Origin: Eledone cirrhosa
Lineage: Eukaryota
Direction: 5' to 3'
DNA length: 64,000 nt
Assembly: GCA_964016885.1 (NCBI GenBank)
Contig: OZ024740.1
Location: 252,712,001 to 252,776,000 of the forward strand
In this document: positions 1 to 11,500 of the stretch, one piece after another
Position numbering within the stretch: the first letter of the stretch is position 1
Layout: each line of letters opens with the position of its first letter
The notes under the pieces: model-generated
What the model saw: only the letters and a program-made list of their open reading frames with translations
What the model was told of the DNA's origin: nothing
Database searches by the model: none
Program-made: the position numbers and the translations under genes

Positions 1-2170
1 TCCTCAGCAGAATCAGCGAGGTTAACCGATCTAGGGACCTAACAAACTGCATAATAGGTAGTATGGATGTTGTGTCCCTGTATCCATCTATTGACGTGGA
101 TTTTGCTGTGAAGAAATGCGTAGAAATGATCAGTGAGAGCAATGTTGAGTTCCGTGGGATTGATACCGGTGAGCTGGGACTCCTACTTAAACTTACCTAT
201 AGTAATAATTACCTAGACACATATGACATTACCAACCTGTGCCCTACAAGACCAGCAAGAGGCAGACCACCTACCATTACCTCAATAGCCAAGAAAACCC
301 ACACAGATAGATGGAACGAGTGGATCAGAGCCATACGGACCCCCGAAAACCACGATGAACTAAAGAAAATGATTGCACATGCGGTGGGGGCCAGCATAAA
401 ATTAACCCTTAAGGAACATATGTTCAAATTTAATGGAAAAACATATGCCCAAGAGGAACGAGCAGCCATTGGTGTTAGCATTGCAGGCGACATAGCTAAC
501 TTATTCATGGTATGGTGGGACAGTAGACTTAAACTTAAACTTAAAGAACAATTAGAAGAACCCTTAACCCTGATAATGTACTCCCGCTATGTTGATGATA
601 TAAACATCGTAGTTAAAATACCCCCACTAGAGAACAGTCAAGAATTAGAGAAAAACACAATGGAAAGCATCCAACAAATAGCTAACTCCATCCACCAGAG
701 TATTAGAGTTACTATAGACTACCCAAGTAAACACCCCAACCATCGATTACCTGTACTAGACACAGAGCTCTGGTTAGATACCATTAATAACAAAAAACAA
801 ATCCTCCATTCCCATTATGCCAAACCCATGACTTCCAAATATCTGATCCACAGAAACTCAGCTGTTTCGGACCATACCAAAATCAACATACTGATTGCGG
901 ATTTGGTACGGGTGATGAGAAACGTGTCCCGCATGTGCAACCCCGAAGAACTAGAGAGACACATACAACACTTCATCCACCATATGCAGTTCTCTGGTTA
1001 CAATCAGAGAGATAAAATCAGAGTGTATAGAGGAGCCAGAATCAAATGGGGAAAATGGTAAATAATGACACAAATAGGACCTGCCCCTTGTATAGGAGCA
1101 CATTTTGGAATAGAATAGAAAGAACTAGGAATAAGGCTAATAGAATAAACTCATGGTATGATAGCAATAAATACCAGAGTGTAATTTCATCGATACAACC
1201 CCTAGAGGTGAATTAGCTTACAAATTTAGAAGGGCCCTAGATAAACATAAACTCAATATTAAGATAGTAGAAAGACTAGGTACCTCCATAAAAACACTTA
1301 TTAGCAAGACATACCCTTTTCAAAGACCCCCTGTATAGATAAGAAATGTATAACCTGTAAATTAAGCCCCCAGATTAACTGTAAAACTAGAAATGTAGTA
1401 TATAGCATAAGATGTACTGAAGGACAATGTAGAGACAAAAATATAGTGTACATAGGTGAGACAGCTCGTAGTGTAGGGGAACGGATAAATGAACACTGGC
1501 GAGACCTTCAAGATAGTAAAGAATCATCTGTACTCTACCAACATGCTAAAATAGAACATAAGGGTAAATTAGAGAACATAGAAATAAAAATAGAATCTAC
1601 ACACAGAAAAGATGCAATGTTTAGACAAATCACAGAGGCAATAAACATAAAAGAATTACAACCAAAATTAAATAGAAAACATGAGTGGAACAGCAACATC
1701 ACAACTTACAATTAAGGACAAAATGAAAACACACACACATATAGAACAAACAACCAACCTGTAACATGTAAATAAACAAATAAATAAATGAATATAAACA
1801 CACACAGACGCCTGGAAGTGGCGCATGCGCAGACTGAGCATACAACACACACACAGAAACAAGATGGCGTAGGACAGAACAAAGGAGAGGCACAAAAACA
1901 AAGAAAAGAATCCCCAGTCAATGAAGAGGTCACAGAATGTGTGACGAAAGAACTTTGACAATATATAAACAACCATCTGGTTGTGGAACCAACCAACCAA
2001 CCGGAAATTTATAAATTCCTAAATTTATAAATTTATTATAATAAATTGAAGTGAAAGCAACTGGTGCGTGTGTTTCTTATTGGCAACATGACCCTCCCAA
2101 CGTATATAACAATATCGGTTTCAACACACGTTTTCAGATAAAGAATCTTGCTAAACAAATTCAGAAACGA
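1..2170 (+). mobile_element. Penelope-like retroelement (RT + C-terminal GIY-YIG endonuclease), frameshifted, runs off the left edge; 3' pLTR region ~1716-2170
   Basis: ORF 63-1061 has PLE RT motifs (MDVVSLYPSI, AIGVSIAGDIANLFM, RYVDD, LPVLDT). Downstream frames give NVVYSIRC...YIGETARSVGERINEH...RQITEA...LNRKHEW (to 1715), separated by several frameshifts near 1050-1330. Confidence 0.9.
1917..1959 (+). ncRNA. Minimal type I hammerhead ribozyme-like motif in the PLE 3' repeat (C3 replaced by A)
   Basis: GTCA-ATGAAGA-G-GTCACA(GAATG)TGTGAC-GAAAG(AA)CT-T-TGAC: stem I GTCA/TGAC, perfect 6-bp stem II, GAAA, 2-bp stem III. Confidence 0.55.
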
Positions 2171-2245
2171 AATATATATATAATACATATATATATAATA
2201 CATATATATTATATATATATGTATTTTTATATTTATATATATGTA

Positions 2246-2531
2246 TTGTTAATCGCTTGTTAAATGTGCAAGGACCCCATTCAATCATTACCTCCTATCT
2301 CTTCTCCTTCTTATAAATTCCTTAATTCTTAATCTAGCGTATTTTCAAACCTTAATTCCTAGCGTATTTTCAAACCTCAATCCCTAATTCTAGCGTATTT
2401 TCAAAACAAAAAACAAAATCCTTTCCTTCTTCCCTCTTTCGAAACTCCCGCTTACTCGAACCCCCCACCCGCTACTTCGAAGGCATGGCGGTCAAATGCC
2501 TAACACACACAACCATCATGCGGCCACCCCC

Positions 2532-2563
<32 letters not shown>

Positions 2564-2882
2564 GATAGGAATTCACTTCGCCAAATTTCATTGCTTTGCT
2601 GTCTACTCCACGATATTCATGTAACGTAATGTACATATTTTCCTTCATCTCTACCTCCACAATCTTAATTCCTCAATTCCTAATTCTAGCGTATTTTCAA
2701 AACAATCCATATTTCGTATCAAGTCCAAATAGCCAATCTATCGCTAAAACAATCTACATTTTTTGTATTTACTAATTGTTAGATACGAAAGTTTTTGGTC
2801 GTATTGAACAGAACAAATTTTGTATTTTTGTTAATCGCTTGTTAAATGTGCAAGGACCCCATTCAATCATTACCTCCTATCT
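2246..2882. repeat. 55-bp direct repeat (~2246-2300, ~2828-2882) enclosing four copies of a ~25-bp TTCTAGCGTATTTTCAAA motif
   Basis: TTGTTAATCGCTTGTTAAATGTGCAAGGACCCCATTCAATCATTACCTCCTATCT occurs twice; the short motif is repeated at ~2330-2405 and ~2685-2700. Confidence 0.8.
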
Positions 2883-2924
2883 AGCTACCCACCACCCCTC
2901 CCCCACGCACCACCACTGCTATTA

Positions 2925-2990
2925 CGTGGACCAATCATAAGCCAGAGCCCCCACACATCACCAGTATTATTACGCGGACCAATCAGAAGC
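2925..2990 (+). promoter_or_regulatory. Tandem CCAAT boxes in the LINE 5' UTR (putative internal promoter)
   Basis: GGACCAATCA twice (CCAAT at 2931 and 2979); a homologous GGACCAATCA lies at ~21420 upstream of copy 3. Confidence 0.4.
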
Positions 2991-3301
2991 CAGAGGCCTA
3001 TACTATCGCTTGCCTGGTTGCCTTTCGATATATGATGGATGGATGGACTGCGGAATCCTGGAGAGTGGAGGAGAGAGAGAGAAAAATCTGGACGCTCAGC
3101 GACAATGCCAAAGATAAAGACAAATTCACCTCTTGGACGAGAATGCGAGCACTCCTCATTGTTTCGACCGCGGACGGCTAACATAACCCCATCGCCCCCT
3201 GCCCCCCCCCCCCCCCCAACCCCCCAAACGCAATCCAAAACTTCAGAGTTGGTACCATAAATGTAGGCACCCTAAAGGGTCGCGCTAACGAGGTTGTAGA
3301 A

Positions 3302-6277
3302 ATGCTTGAACGTAAGGAGGTCGATGTTTGTTGTATTCAAGAGACCAGGTGGAGGGGTGGGTCTGCTAGGTTCATTGAGGGTAAAAAACGATGTTATAAG
3401 CTTTTCTGGGTGGGAAACGACGATGGGCTGGGTGCAGTAGGAATCATGGTAGCAGAAAAGTGGGCAGATAAGATAATAGACGTAAATAGAGTGAACGACA
3501 GAATAATTAAAATACGACTTGTCCTCAATAGAACTACGGTGACAGTAATATCTGCGTACGCACCCCAATCCGGACTGCCCGGCACTATAAAAGACAGATT
3601 CTATGAGACACTGATGCTAACTACCTCCCAAATATCCGACAGTGACTATATAATTATTGCAGGCGACCTAAATGGTCACGTTGGACAACATTGTGACGGC
3701 TACGACGAAATCCATGGAGGCTATGGGTTTGGTACTAGAAATGAGGAAGGCTCCAGAATCCTGGAATTCTGTGATGCAAATAACCTAACTATCTGTAACA
3801 CTAACTTCAAAAAACGTGACAATCACCTGATCACCTATAGATCCGGGGAACACACAAGTCAGGTAGATTATATCCTTACCAGAAGACGTGACAGAGTGTC
3901 TGTTGTAAACACTAAATCCCTCCCCCATGAAGAATGCACCTCCCAACATAGACTGATAATTAGCGACCTCATAGTCAGGACGAGACGTACTCGACAGCAG
4001 AAGAGGACTATCCTCAGGAGAAAAATATGGAAGCTAAAGGACCCCACAGCCAGGAATAAATTTCAAAGCATATTACTTGATGCTTTCGACAGTAAGGAAG
4101 AACATTTAGAGTCGGACAATATAGAGGGAGAGTGGGAATTTCTGAAAGCAAACCTGCTGTTGGCGACAGACGAAGTCTGTGGCTGGAGCAGGCCTGTAGG
4201 CAGGAGGAGAGTAACATGGTGGTGGAACAGTAAGGTGGAGGGGTCAATTAAGGCCAAAAAGCAGGCTTGGAAAGTATGGCAGGATGGGGGAAGTAGAGAA
4301 GACTATCAAGTGGCCAGGAGGGAAGCTAGGAGACAAGTGTACTTAGCAAGAAGGGAAGCTGAGGAAAGAAAGTTCAAGCATGTTCTACAACGCGATGACC
4401 AGAAACGTGAGGTGTTCAGGATTGCTAGGCAATGCGTCAAGGAAAACCGTGATATTGTCGGGGAGAAGTGTGTACTAAACGACGATGGCACACTTGCCAT
4501 CACCGACGCTGATAAGAAGGTAGCTTGGAAGTCTCACTATGAAAGGCTACTAAATGAGGAGAATAAATGGGAGAAAGACAGTCTCCCCCATATCGACCCA
4601 ATAGAGGGACCAGCAGTGTTAGTCGAGGGGAGTATAATAAGTAAGGCAATCAAGGATATGAAGACGGGTAAGGCGGCTGGGCCTTCGGAAATAGTTGCTG
4701 AGATGCTGAAGGCATCTGGCACGGTGGGACACACCATGGTCACCCGCATAGTTAACCAAGTCGTACAGAATGGGGTTGTTCCGAAGGACTGGCATAGCAG
4801 CATCATCGTTAACTGTTATAAGGGTAAAGGAGACGCCCTAGATAGGAGTAACTATAGAGGCATTAAATTAATCGACCAGGTCATGAAGGTCACGGAAAAA
4901 GTAATAGCGCAACTAATCAGAGAGAGAATTGACCTAGATGAAATGCAGTTCGGGTTTGTGTCAGGCAAAAGTACCACAGACGCTCTTTTCATAGTACGAC
5001 AACTACAGGAGAAGTACCTAGCTAAAGGTAAACCCCTCTACTTAGCTTTTGTCGACTTGGAGAAAGCCTTCGACAGAGTCCCCCGCTCCATTATCTGGTG
5101 GGCTCTTAGAAAACTAGGCGTTGACGAATGGCTTGTGAGGGCTATACAAGCCATGTATAAAGAAACAGTCAGCAAGGTTAGAATTAACAACGAATATAGC
5201 GAAGAGTTTAGCGTAAAAGTTGGCGTCCATCAGGGCTCTGTTCTCAGCCCCCTACTATTTATTATTGCCCTTCAGGCTATAACAGAGGAGTTCAAGACAG
5301 GCTGCCCATGGGAACTCCTATACGCAGACGACCTGACACTCATAGCGGAATCAATGGCCGAGCTAGAGAAGAAATTCCAAACATGGAAGCACGGCCTAGA
5401 GTCAAAAGGACTTAAAATTAACCTGGCTAAGACCAAAGTACTAGTTTGTAGGAAAGAAAACAAGGCGGCGGTCCCTTCTGGGAAATGGTCGTGCTCGGTG
5501 TGTAGGAAAGGCGTAGGTAGAAACTCCATTTTATGTCCTAAATGCAAAGTATGGGTGCATAAAAGATGTAGTGGGATCACAGGTAAGCTAACTAAGAACA
5601 TAGATTTTACATGTGGCCGGTGTTCTGGTGCAATAAGTAGCAGCAAGTGCCCACACAATACTAGCTCTTTCAATTGCGCAGAGGGTTCTATAGAAATAGT
5701 GGACAGCTTCCGTTACCTGGGCGATAAAATCAGCAGTGGGGGAGGGTGCTCTGAAAGTACTGTAGCTAGAGTCAGAACTGGTTGGAAAAAGTTCAGAGAG
5801 CTTATACCACTATTAGCTGCTAAAGGGTTCTCCCTAAAAATGAAAGGCAGGTTATACGATGCCTGCATACGAACAGCAATGCTGCATGGCAGTGAGACCT
5901 GGGCATTGTGTGCAGAGGATATACGCAGACTAGAGAGGAACGAAGCTTGCATGCTCCGCTGGATGTGTAACAGTAATATACGTGAACGGCAAAGCATAAA
6001 CGAACTAAGGAAAAAATTAGAGATAAGAGGGATCAGATGTTGTTTACTCGAGAGAAGGCTACGTTGGTATGGACACGTGATGCGCATGAAAGTCGATAGC
6101 TGTATAACAAAGTGCAGGGCAATAAAGATAGACGGTAGTCACGGAATAGGCAGACCTAGAAAAACCTGGGACGAGCTGATAAACTCCGACATCACACACT
6201 TACACCTCTCCAAGACAATGTCACTAGACCGAGACCTTTGGCGGTACTCAGTAACAGAGAAGACCCGCCTTACCTAA
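3302..6277 (+). CDS. RTE LINE APE endonuclease-reverse transcriptase with internal PHD finger (true start probably ATG 3105, frameshifted at the poly-C 3202-3217)
   Basis: 991-aa ORF: CIQETRW, SAYAPQ, AGDLNGH, QVDYIL, SQHR (APE); NYRGIKL, FVDLEKAFD, GVHQGSVLSP, LYADD, FRYLG (RT); LRWYGHVMR and GRPRKTW (RTE C-terminus). Confidence 0.95.
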   Translation: MLERKEVDVCCIQETRWRGGSARFIEGKKRCYKLFWVGNDDGLGAVGIMVAEKWADKIIDVNRVNDRIIKIRLVLNRTTVTVISAYAPQSGLPGTIKDRFYETLMLTTSQISDSDYIIIAGDLNGHVGQHCDGYDEIHGGYGFGTRNEEGSRILEFCDANNLTICNTNFKKRDNHLITYRSGEHTSQVDYILTRRRDRVSVVNTKSLPHEECTSQHRLIISDLIVRTRRTRQQKRTILRRKIWKLKDPTARNKFQSILLDAFDSKEEHLESDNIEGEWEFLKANLLLATDEVCGWSRPVGRRRVTWWWNSKVEGSIKAKKQAWKVWQDGGSREDYQVARREARRQVYLARREAEERKFKHVLQRDDQKREVFRIARQCVKENRDIVGEKCVLNDDGTLAITDADKKVAWKSHYERLLNEENKWEKDSLPHIDPIEGPAVLVEGSIISKAIKDMKTGKAAGPSEIVAEMLKASGTVGHTMVTRIVNQVVQNGVVPKDWHSSIIVNCYKGKGDALDRSNYRGIKLIDQVMKVTEKVIAQLIRERIDLDEMQFGFVSGKSTTDALFIVRQLQEKYLAKGKPLYLAFVDLEKAFDRVPRSIIWWALRKLGVDEWLVRAIQAMYKETVSKVRINNEYSEEFSVKVGVHQGSVLSPLLFIIALQAITEEFKTGCPWELLYADDLTLIAESMAELEKKFQTWKHGLESKGLKINLAKTKVLVCRKENKAAVPSGKWSCSVCRKGVGRNSILCPKCKVWVHKRCSGITGKLTKNIDFTCGRCSGAISSSKCPHNTSSFNCAEGSIEIVDSFRYLGDKISSGGGCSESTVARVRTGWKKFRELIPLLAAKGFSLKMKGRLYDACIRTAMLHGSETWALCAEDIRRLERNEACMLRWMCNSNIRERQSINELRKKLEIRGIRCCLLERRLRWYGHVMRMKVDSCITKCRAIKIDGSHGIGRPRKTWDELINSDITHLHLSKTMSLDRDLWRYSVTEKTRLT

Positions 6278-6674
6278 ATATATAGTAAAACCTACTCCAG
6301 CCAGTAGGCATCTCTAACAAAATACACCCCGTCCCACCACCACCACCCCCACCCCATCCACACCACCCCGTTCTATGTAAAGTTATGTTGGTGCCGCGCC
6401 ATCAAGGCCGAAACAAATGAGATCGTGTAGGTGTCACGACAAAAAAACACACAGTCCACGCTGTAATGTGGCTGTGTAGGCAACACGGTAAAAACCTCCC
6501 AGACCCACACTGTAAATGTGGTTGGTGTTAGGAAGGGCATCCAATTGTAGAAAACCTGCCAGACAGTCCTATGCGAGCAAGACAATCACTCTTGCCTCAA
6601 GTGGGACTACCCCCGTCCAAACCCATGCAAGCGTGGAACACGGACGTTAAACGTTGATGATGATGATGATATAC

Positions 6675-6714
<40 letters not shown>

Positions 6715-6719
<5 letters not shown>

Positions 6720-8478
6720 ATATTTGGGGAGGGTCATATTTGCGTAATATTGCCAGAATTAATAACAGAACACACTCACTGTTTGGTTGGTTTTCGCTTC
6801 TCGCTGTCTTTTATATATATATATCTGCGATCTAACTTACTCGGTCCTCAATGTTGCCATTGACTGACCGGCGGTCAAAAATAATACAGATACAATATAG
6901 ACAAACACATATATATATAGTTTACATAATTTACATAAATCTTTCGTTGCACATCTGCAACATCGTCAGTGGTGTTATATTCATTGTTCCTCCTGTTGTG
7001 TTGTATGTCTACGCCATTTTTTTGTTAAGTCTGTCTATATATTTATTTATTTATTTGCTTGTTTGTTTATCTTATTTTATTTTGTCTTCTTTGCGCATGC
7101 GTGTGTGTATAGTGTTATGTGTGATGTGTGACTAGTGTGTATAGTGTTGTGTCTGCTGGGTGACTAGTGTGTGTTTATGTGCTTGTGTATGTATTTATTT
7201 ATCTTATTTTATTTAATTTAATTTACTTATTTATTTATACTTCTCTTAGGTCAGTGTTGTTTGTTTGGGTGTTGTTGTTGTTCCACTCATTCTTTCTGTT
7301 TAGCTTTGGTCTTCTAATTTCTATTTCACTGGCCTCTCTGATTTGCCTATCTGCTGGGTCATTCCTATGTTTAGATATTATTCTAATTTCTATGTTGTCT
7401 ATGTTACCGTCATGTTGTTGTCTAGCATGTTCGTATAGTACTGACCCGTTTTTTCGTCCTTTTAGTTCCCCCCAGTGTTGGTCTATCCTTTCACCTATGC
7501 TACGAGCTGTCTCACCTATGTATGTTGTTGTCGTGTTTCTGCAAGTACCCTCTGTACATCTTATGCTATAGACTACGTTTCTAGTTTTACAGTTTATCCG
7601 GGGGTTCACCTTACATATGATACATTTCCTATTGGTACAGTGGGTTTTCTTAAAAGGGTAGGTTTTGCTGATCAGGGATTTTATGGTGGTTCCTGGCTTT
7701 TCTACCACCTTTATTTTTAAGTGGGTCTTTCTCAGGGCCTTTCTACACTGGTTAGCTAATTTCCCTCCAGGGGTGGCGTCCACAAACATGACACTCTGAT
7801 ATCTCTGGTTGTCGTACCATGATGTGGCCTTCCCTATCTTATGTCTAGCCCTATCTAAGCTATTCCATGATTTGCTCCTGTATAGTGGGCAAATTCCTTT
7901 CATGTCCAGTTCTATGAGGGTCTTATACTTTTCCATGGCTCCTTCGTATACTCTGACTCTGTCTCTTTGGTTGTAGCCAGAGAACTGCATGCGGTTGATG
8001 AAGTGTTGGATGTGTCCTTCCATTTCTGTTGGGTCGCACATGCTGGACACATTCTTCATCACTCGTACCAAATCTGCGATCAGAATATTAAACTTAGCAC
8101 TACTGGACATTGCTGAGTTTTTGAGTATCAGGTATTTGGAGGCCATGGGTTTAGCATAGTGTGAGTGGAGAATTTGGGCTCTCTCGTCTATAGTGTTAAT
8201 CCAGAGTTCTGTGTCTAATACAGGTAGTCTATTGTTAGGGTGTTTGGAAGGGAAGTCTATAGTTACAGTTATACTCTGGTGTATGGAATTAGCTATCTGC
8301 TGGATGCTTTCCATCGTGCTACGTTCTAAATCAAACTTGTTAGTGCTCTCTAGTGGGGGTGTTCTTATAACTATATTGATATCGTCTACATAACGAGAGT
8401 ACATGATGAGGTCTATGGAGCTTTCATTAAGGAGATCTTTAAGTCTCCTTTCCCACCATACCATGAAAAGGTTGGCAT
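6715..8478 (-). mobile_element. 5'-truncated Penelope-like element, same family as 1-2170; open RT C-terminus plus GIY-YIG (7235-8478) and 3' pLTR
   Basis: ANLFMVWW, RYVDD, LPVLDTELW, Cys-rich linker, NVVYSIRC...YIGETARS in one frame. The 3' end shares ATGACCCTCCC..ATATAACAATA with copy 1. Both ends abut (TA)n. Confidence 0.92.
6933..6973 (-). ncRNA. Minimal hammerhead ribozyme motif in the PLE 3' repeat
   Basis: Reverse complement reads CCA-CTGACGA-T-GTTGCA(GATG)TGCAAC-GAAA-GATTT-A-TG: canonical core and perfect stem II, with weak stems I and III. Confidence 0.6.
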
Positions 8479-8536
8479 ATATATATATACATACATATAA
8501 ATACATATATATATATATATATATACATACATATAA

Positions 8537-8566
<30 letters not shown>

Positions 8567-8568
<2 letters not shown>

Positions 8569-11500
8569 CATCATCATCATCATCATCATCAACGTTTAAC
8601 GTCCGTGTTCCACGCTTGCATGGGTTTGGACGGGGGTAGTCCCACTTGAGGCAAGAGTGATTGTCTTGCTCGCATAGGACTGTCTGGCAGGTTTTCTACA
8701 GTTGGATGCCCTTCCTAACACCAACCACATTTACAGTGTGGGTCTGGGAGGTTTTTACCGTGTTGCCTACACGGCCACATTACAGCGTGGACTGTGTGTT
8801 TTTTTGTCGTGACACCTACACGATCTCATTTGTTTCGGCCTCGATGGCGCGGCACCAACATAACTTTACATAGAACGGGGTGGTGTGGATCGGGTGGGGG
8901 TGGTGGGACGGGGTGTATTTTGTTAGAGATGCCTACTGGCTGGAGTAGGTTTTACTATATATTTAGGTAAGGCGGGTCTTCTCTGTTACTGAGTACCGCC
9001 AAAGGTCTCGGTCCAGTGACATTGTCTTGGAGAGGTGTAAGTGTGTGATGTCGGAGTTTATCAGCTCGTCCCAGGTTTTTCTAGGTCTGCCTATTCCGTG
9101 ACTACCGTCTATCTTTATTGCCCTGCACTTTGTTATACAGCTATCGACTTTCATGCGCATCACGTGTCCATACCAACGTAGCCTTCTCTCGAGTAAACAA
9201 CATCTGATCCCTCTTATCTCTAATTTATTCCTTAGTTCGTTTATGCTTTGCCGTTCACGTATATTACTGTTACACATCCAGCGGAGCATGCAAGCTTCGT
9301 TCCTCTCTAGTCTGCGTATATCCTCTGCACACAATGCCCAGGTCTCACTGCCATGCAGCATTGCTGTTCGTATGCAGGCATCGTACAACCTGCCTTTCAT
9401 TTTTAGTGAGAACCCTTTAGCAGCTAATAGTGGTATAAGCTCTCTGAACTTTTTCCAACCAGTTCTGACTCTAGCTACAGTACTTTCAGAGCACCCTCCC
9501 CCACTGCTGATTTTATCGCCCAGGTAACGGAAGCTGTCCACTATTTCTATAGAACCCTCTGCGCAATTGAAAGAGCTAGTAGTTTGTGGGCACTTGCTGC
9601 TACTTATTGCACCAGAGCACCGGCCACATGTAAAATCTATGTTCTTAGTTAGCCTACCTGTGATCCCACTACATCTTTTATGCACCCATACTTTGCATTT
9701 AGGACATAAAATGGAGTTTCTACCTACGCCTTTCCTACACACCGAGCACGACCATTTCCCAGAAGGGACCGCCGCCTTGTTTTCTTTCCTACAAACTAGT
9801 ACTTTGGTCTTAGCCAGGTTAATTTTAAGTCCTTTTGACTCTAGGCCGTGCTTCCATGTTTGGAATTTCTTCTCTAGCTCGGCCATTGATTCCGCTATGA
9901 GTGTCAGGTCGTCTGCGTATAGGAGTTCCCATGGGCAGCCTGTCTTGAACTCCTCTGTTATGGCCTGAAGGGCAATAATAAATAGTAGTGGACTGAGAAC
10001 AGAGCCCTGATGGACGCCGACTTTTACGCTAAACTCTTCACTATATTCGTTGTTAATTCTAACCTTGCTGACTGTTTCTTTATACATGGCTTGTATAGCC
10101 CTCACAAGCCATTCGTCAACGCCTAGTTTTCTAAGAGCCCACCAGATAATGGAGCGGGGGACTCTGTCGAAGGCTTTCTCCAAGTCGACAAAAGCTAAGT
10201 AGAGGGGTTTACCTTTAGCTAGGTACTTCTCTTGTAGTTGTCGTACTATGAAAAGAGCGTCTGTGGTACTTTTGCCTGACACAAACCCGAACTGCATTTC
10301 ATCTAGGTCAATTCTCTCTCTGATTAGTTGCGCTATTACTCTTTCCGTGACCTTCATGACCTGGTCGATTAATTTAATGCCTCTATAGCTACTCCTATCT
10401 AGGGCGTCTCCTTTACCCTTATAACAGTTAACGATGATGCTGCTATGCCAGTCCTTCGGAACAACCCCGTTCTGTACGACTTGGTTAACTATGCGGGTGA
10501 CCATGGTGTGTCCCACCGTGCCAGATGCCTTCAGCATCTCAGCAACTATTTCCGAAGGCCCAGCCGCCTTACCAGTCTTCATATCCTTGATTGCCTTACT
10601 TATTATACTCCCCTCGACTAACACTGCTGGTCCCTCTATTGGGTCGATATGGGGGAGACTGCCTTTCTCCCAATTATTCTCCTCATTTAGAAGCCTTTCA
10701 TAGTGACACTTCCAAGCTACCTTCTTATCAGCGTCGGTGATGGCAAGTGTGCCATCGTCGTTTAGTACACACTTCTCCCCGACAATATCACGGTTTTCCT
10801 TGACGCATTGCCTAGCAATCCTGAACACCTCACGTTTTTGGTCATCGCGTTGTAGAACATGCTTGAACTTTCTTTCCTCAGCTTCCCTTCTTGCTAAGTA
10901 CACTTGTCTCCTAGCTTCCCTCCTGGCCACTTGATAGTCCTCTCTACTTCCCCCATCCCGCCATACTTTCCAAGCCTGCTTTTTGGCCTTAATTGACCCC
11001 TCCACCTTACTGTTCCACCACCATGTTACTCTCCTCCTGCCTGCAGGCCTGCTCCAGCCACAGACCTCGTCTGTCGCCAACAGCAGGTTTGCTTTCAGAA
11101 ATTCCCACTCTCCCTCTATATTGTCCGACTCTAAATGTTCTTCCTTACTGTCGAAAGCATCAAGTAATATGCTTTGAAATTTATTCCTGGCTGTGGGGTC
11201 CTTTAGCTTCCATATTTTCCTCCTGAGGATAGTCCTCTTCTGTTGTCGAGTACGTCTCGTCCTGACTATGAGGTCGCTAATTATCAGTCTATGTTGGGAG
11301 GTGCATTCTTCATGGGGGAGGGATTTAGTGTTAACAACAGACACTCTGTCACGTCTTCTGGTAAGGATATAATCTACCTGGCTTGTGTGTTCCCCGGATC
11401 TATAGGTGATCAGGTGATTGTCACGTTTTTTGAAGTTAGTGTTACAGATAGTTAGGTTATTTGCATCACAGAATTCCAGGATTCTGGAGCCTTCCTCATT

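Larger units (their letters stand above)
2885..6670 (+). mobile_element. RTE-clade LINE, copy 1 (near full length, (GAT)n tail)
   Basis: 5' region shared with copy 3, long APE-RT ORF, ~390-nt 3' UTR ending GTTGATGATGATGATGAT, followed by (TA)n. Confidence 0.95.

Noticed and set aside
2885-3105. HDV-like ribozyme in the RTE 5' UTR
   Set aside because: Expected in some RTE elements, but I could not identify the nested double pseudoknot by eye.
3272-6087. Antisense ORFs within the LINEs
   Set aside because: Shadow frames of the RT ORF, repeated only because the copies are near-identical.
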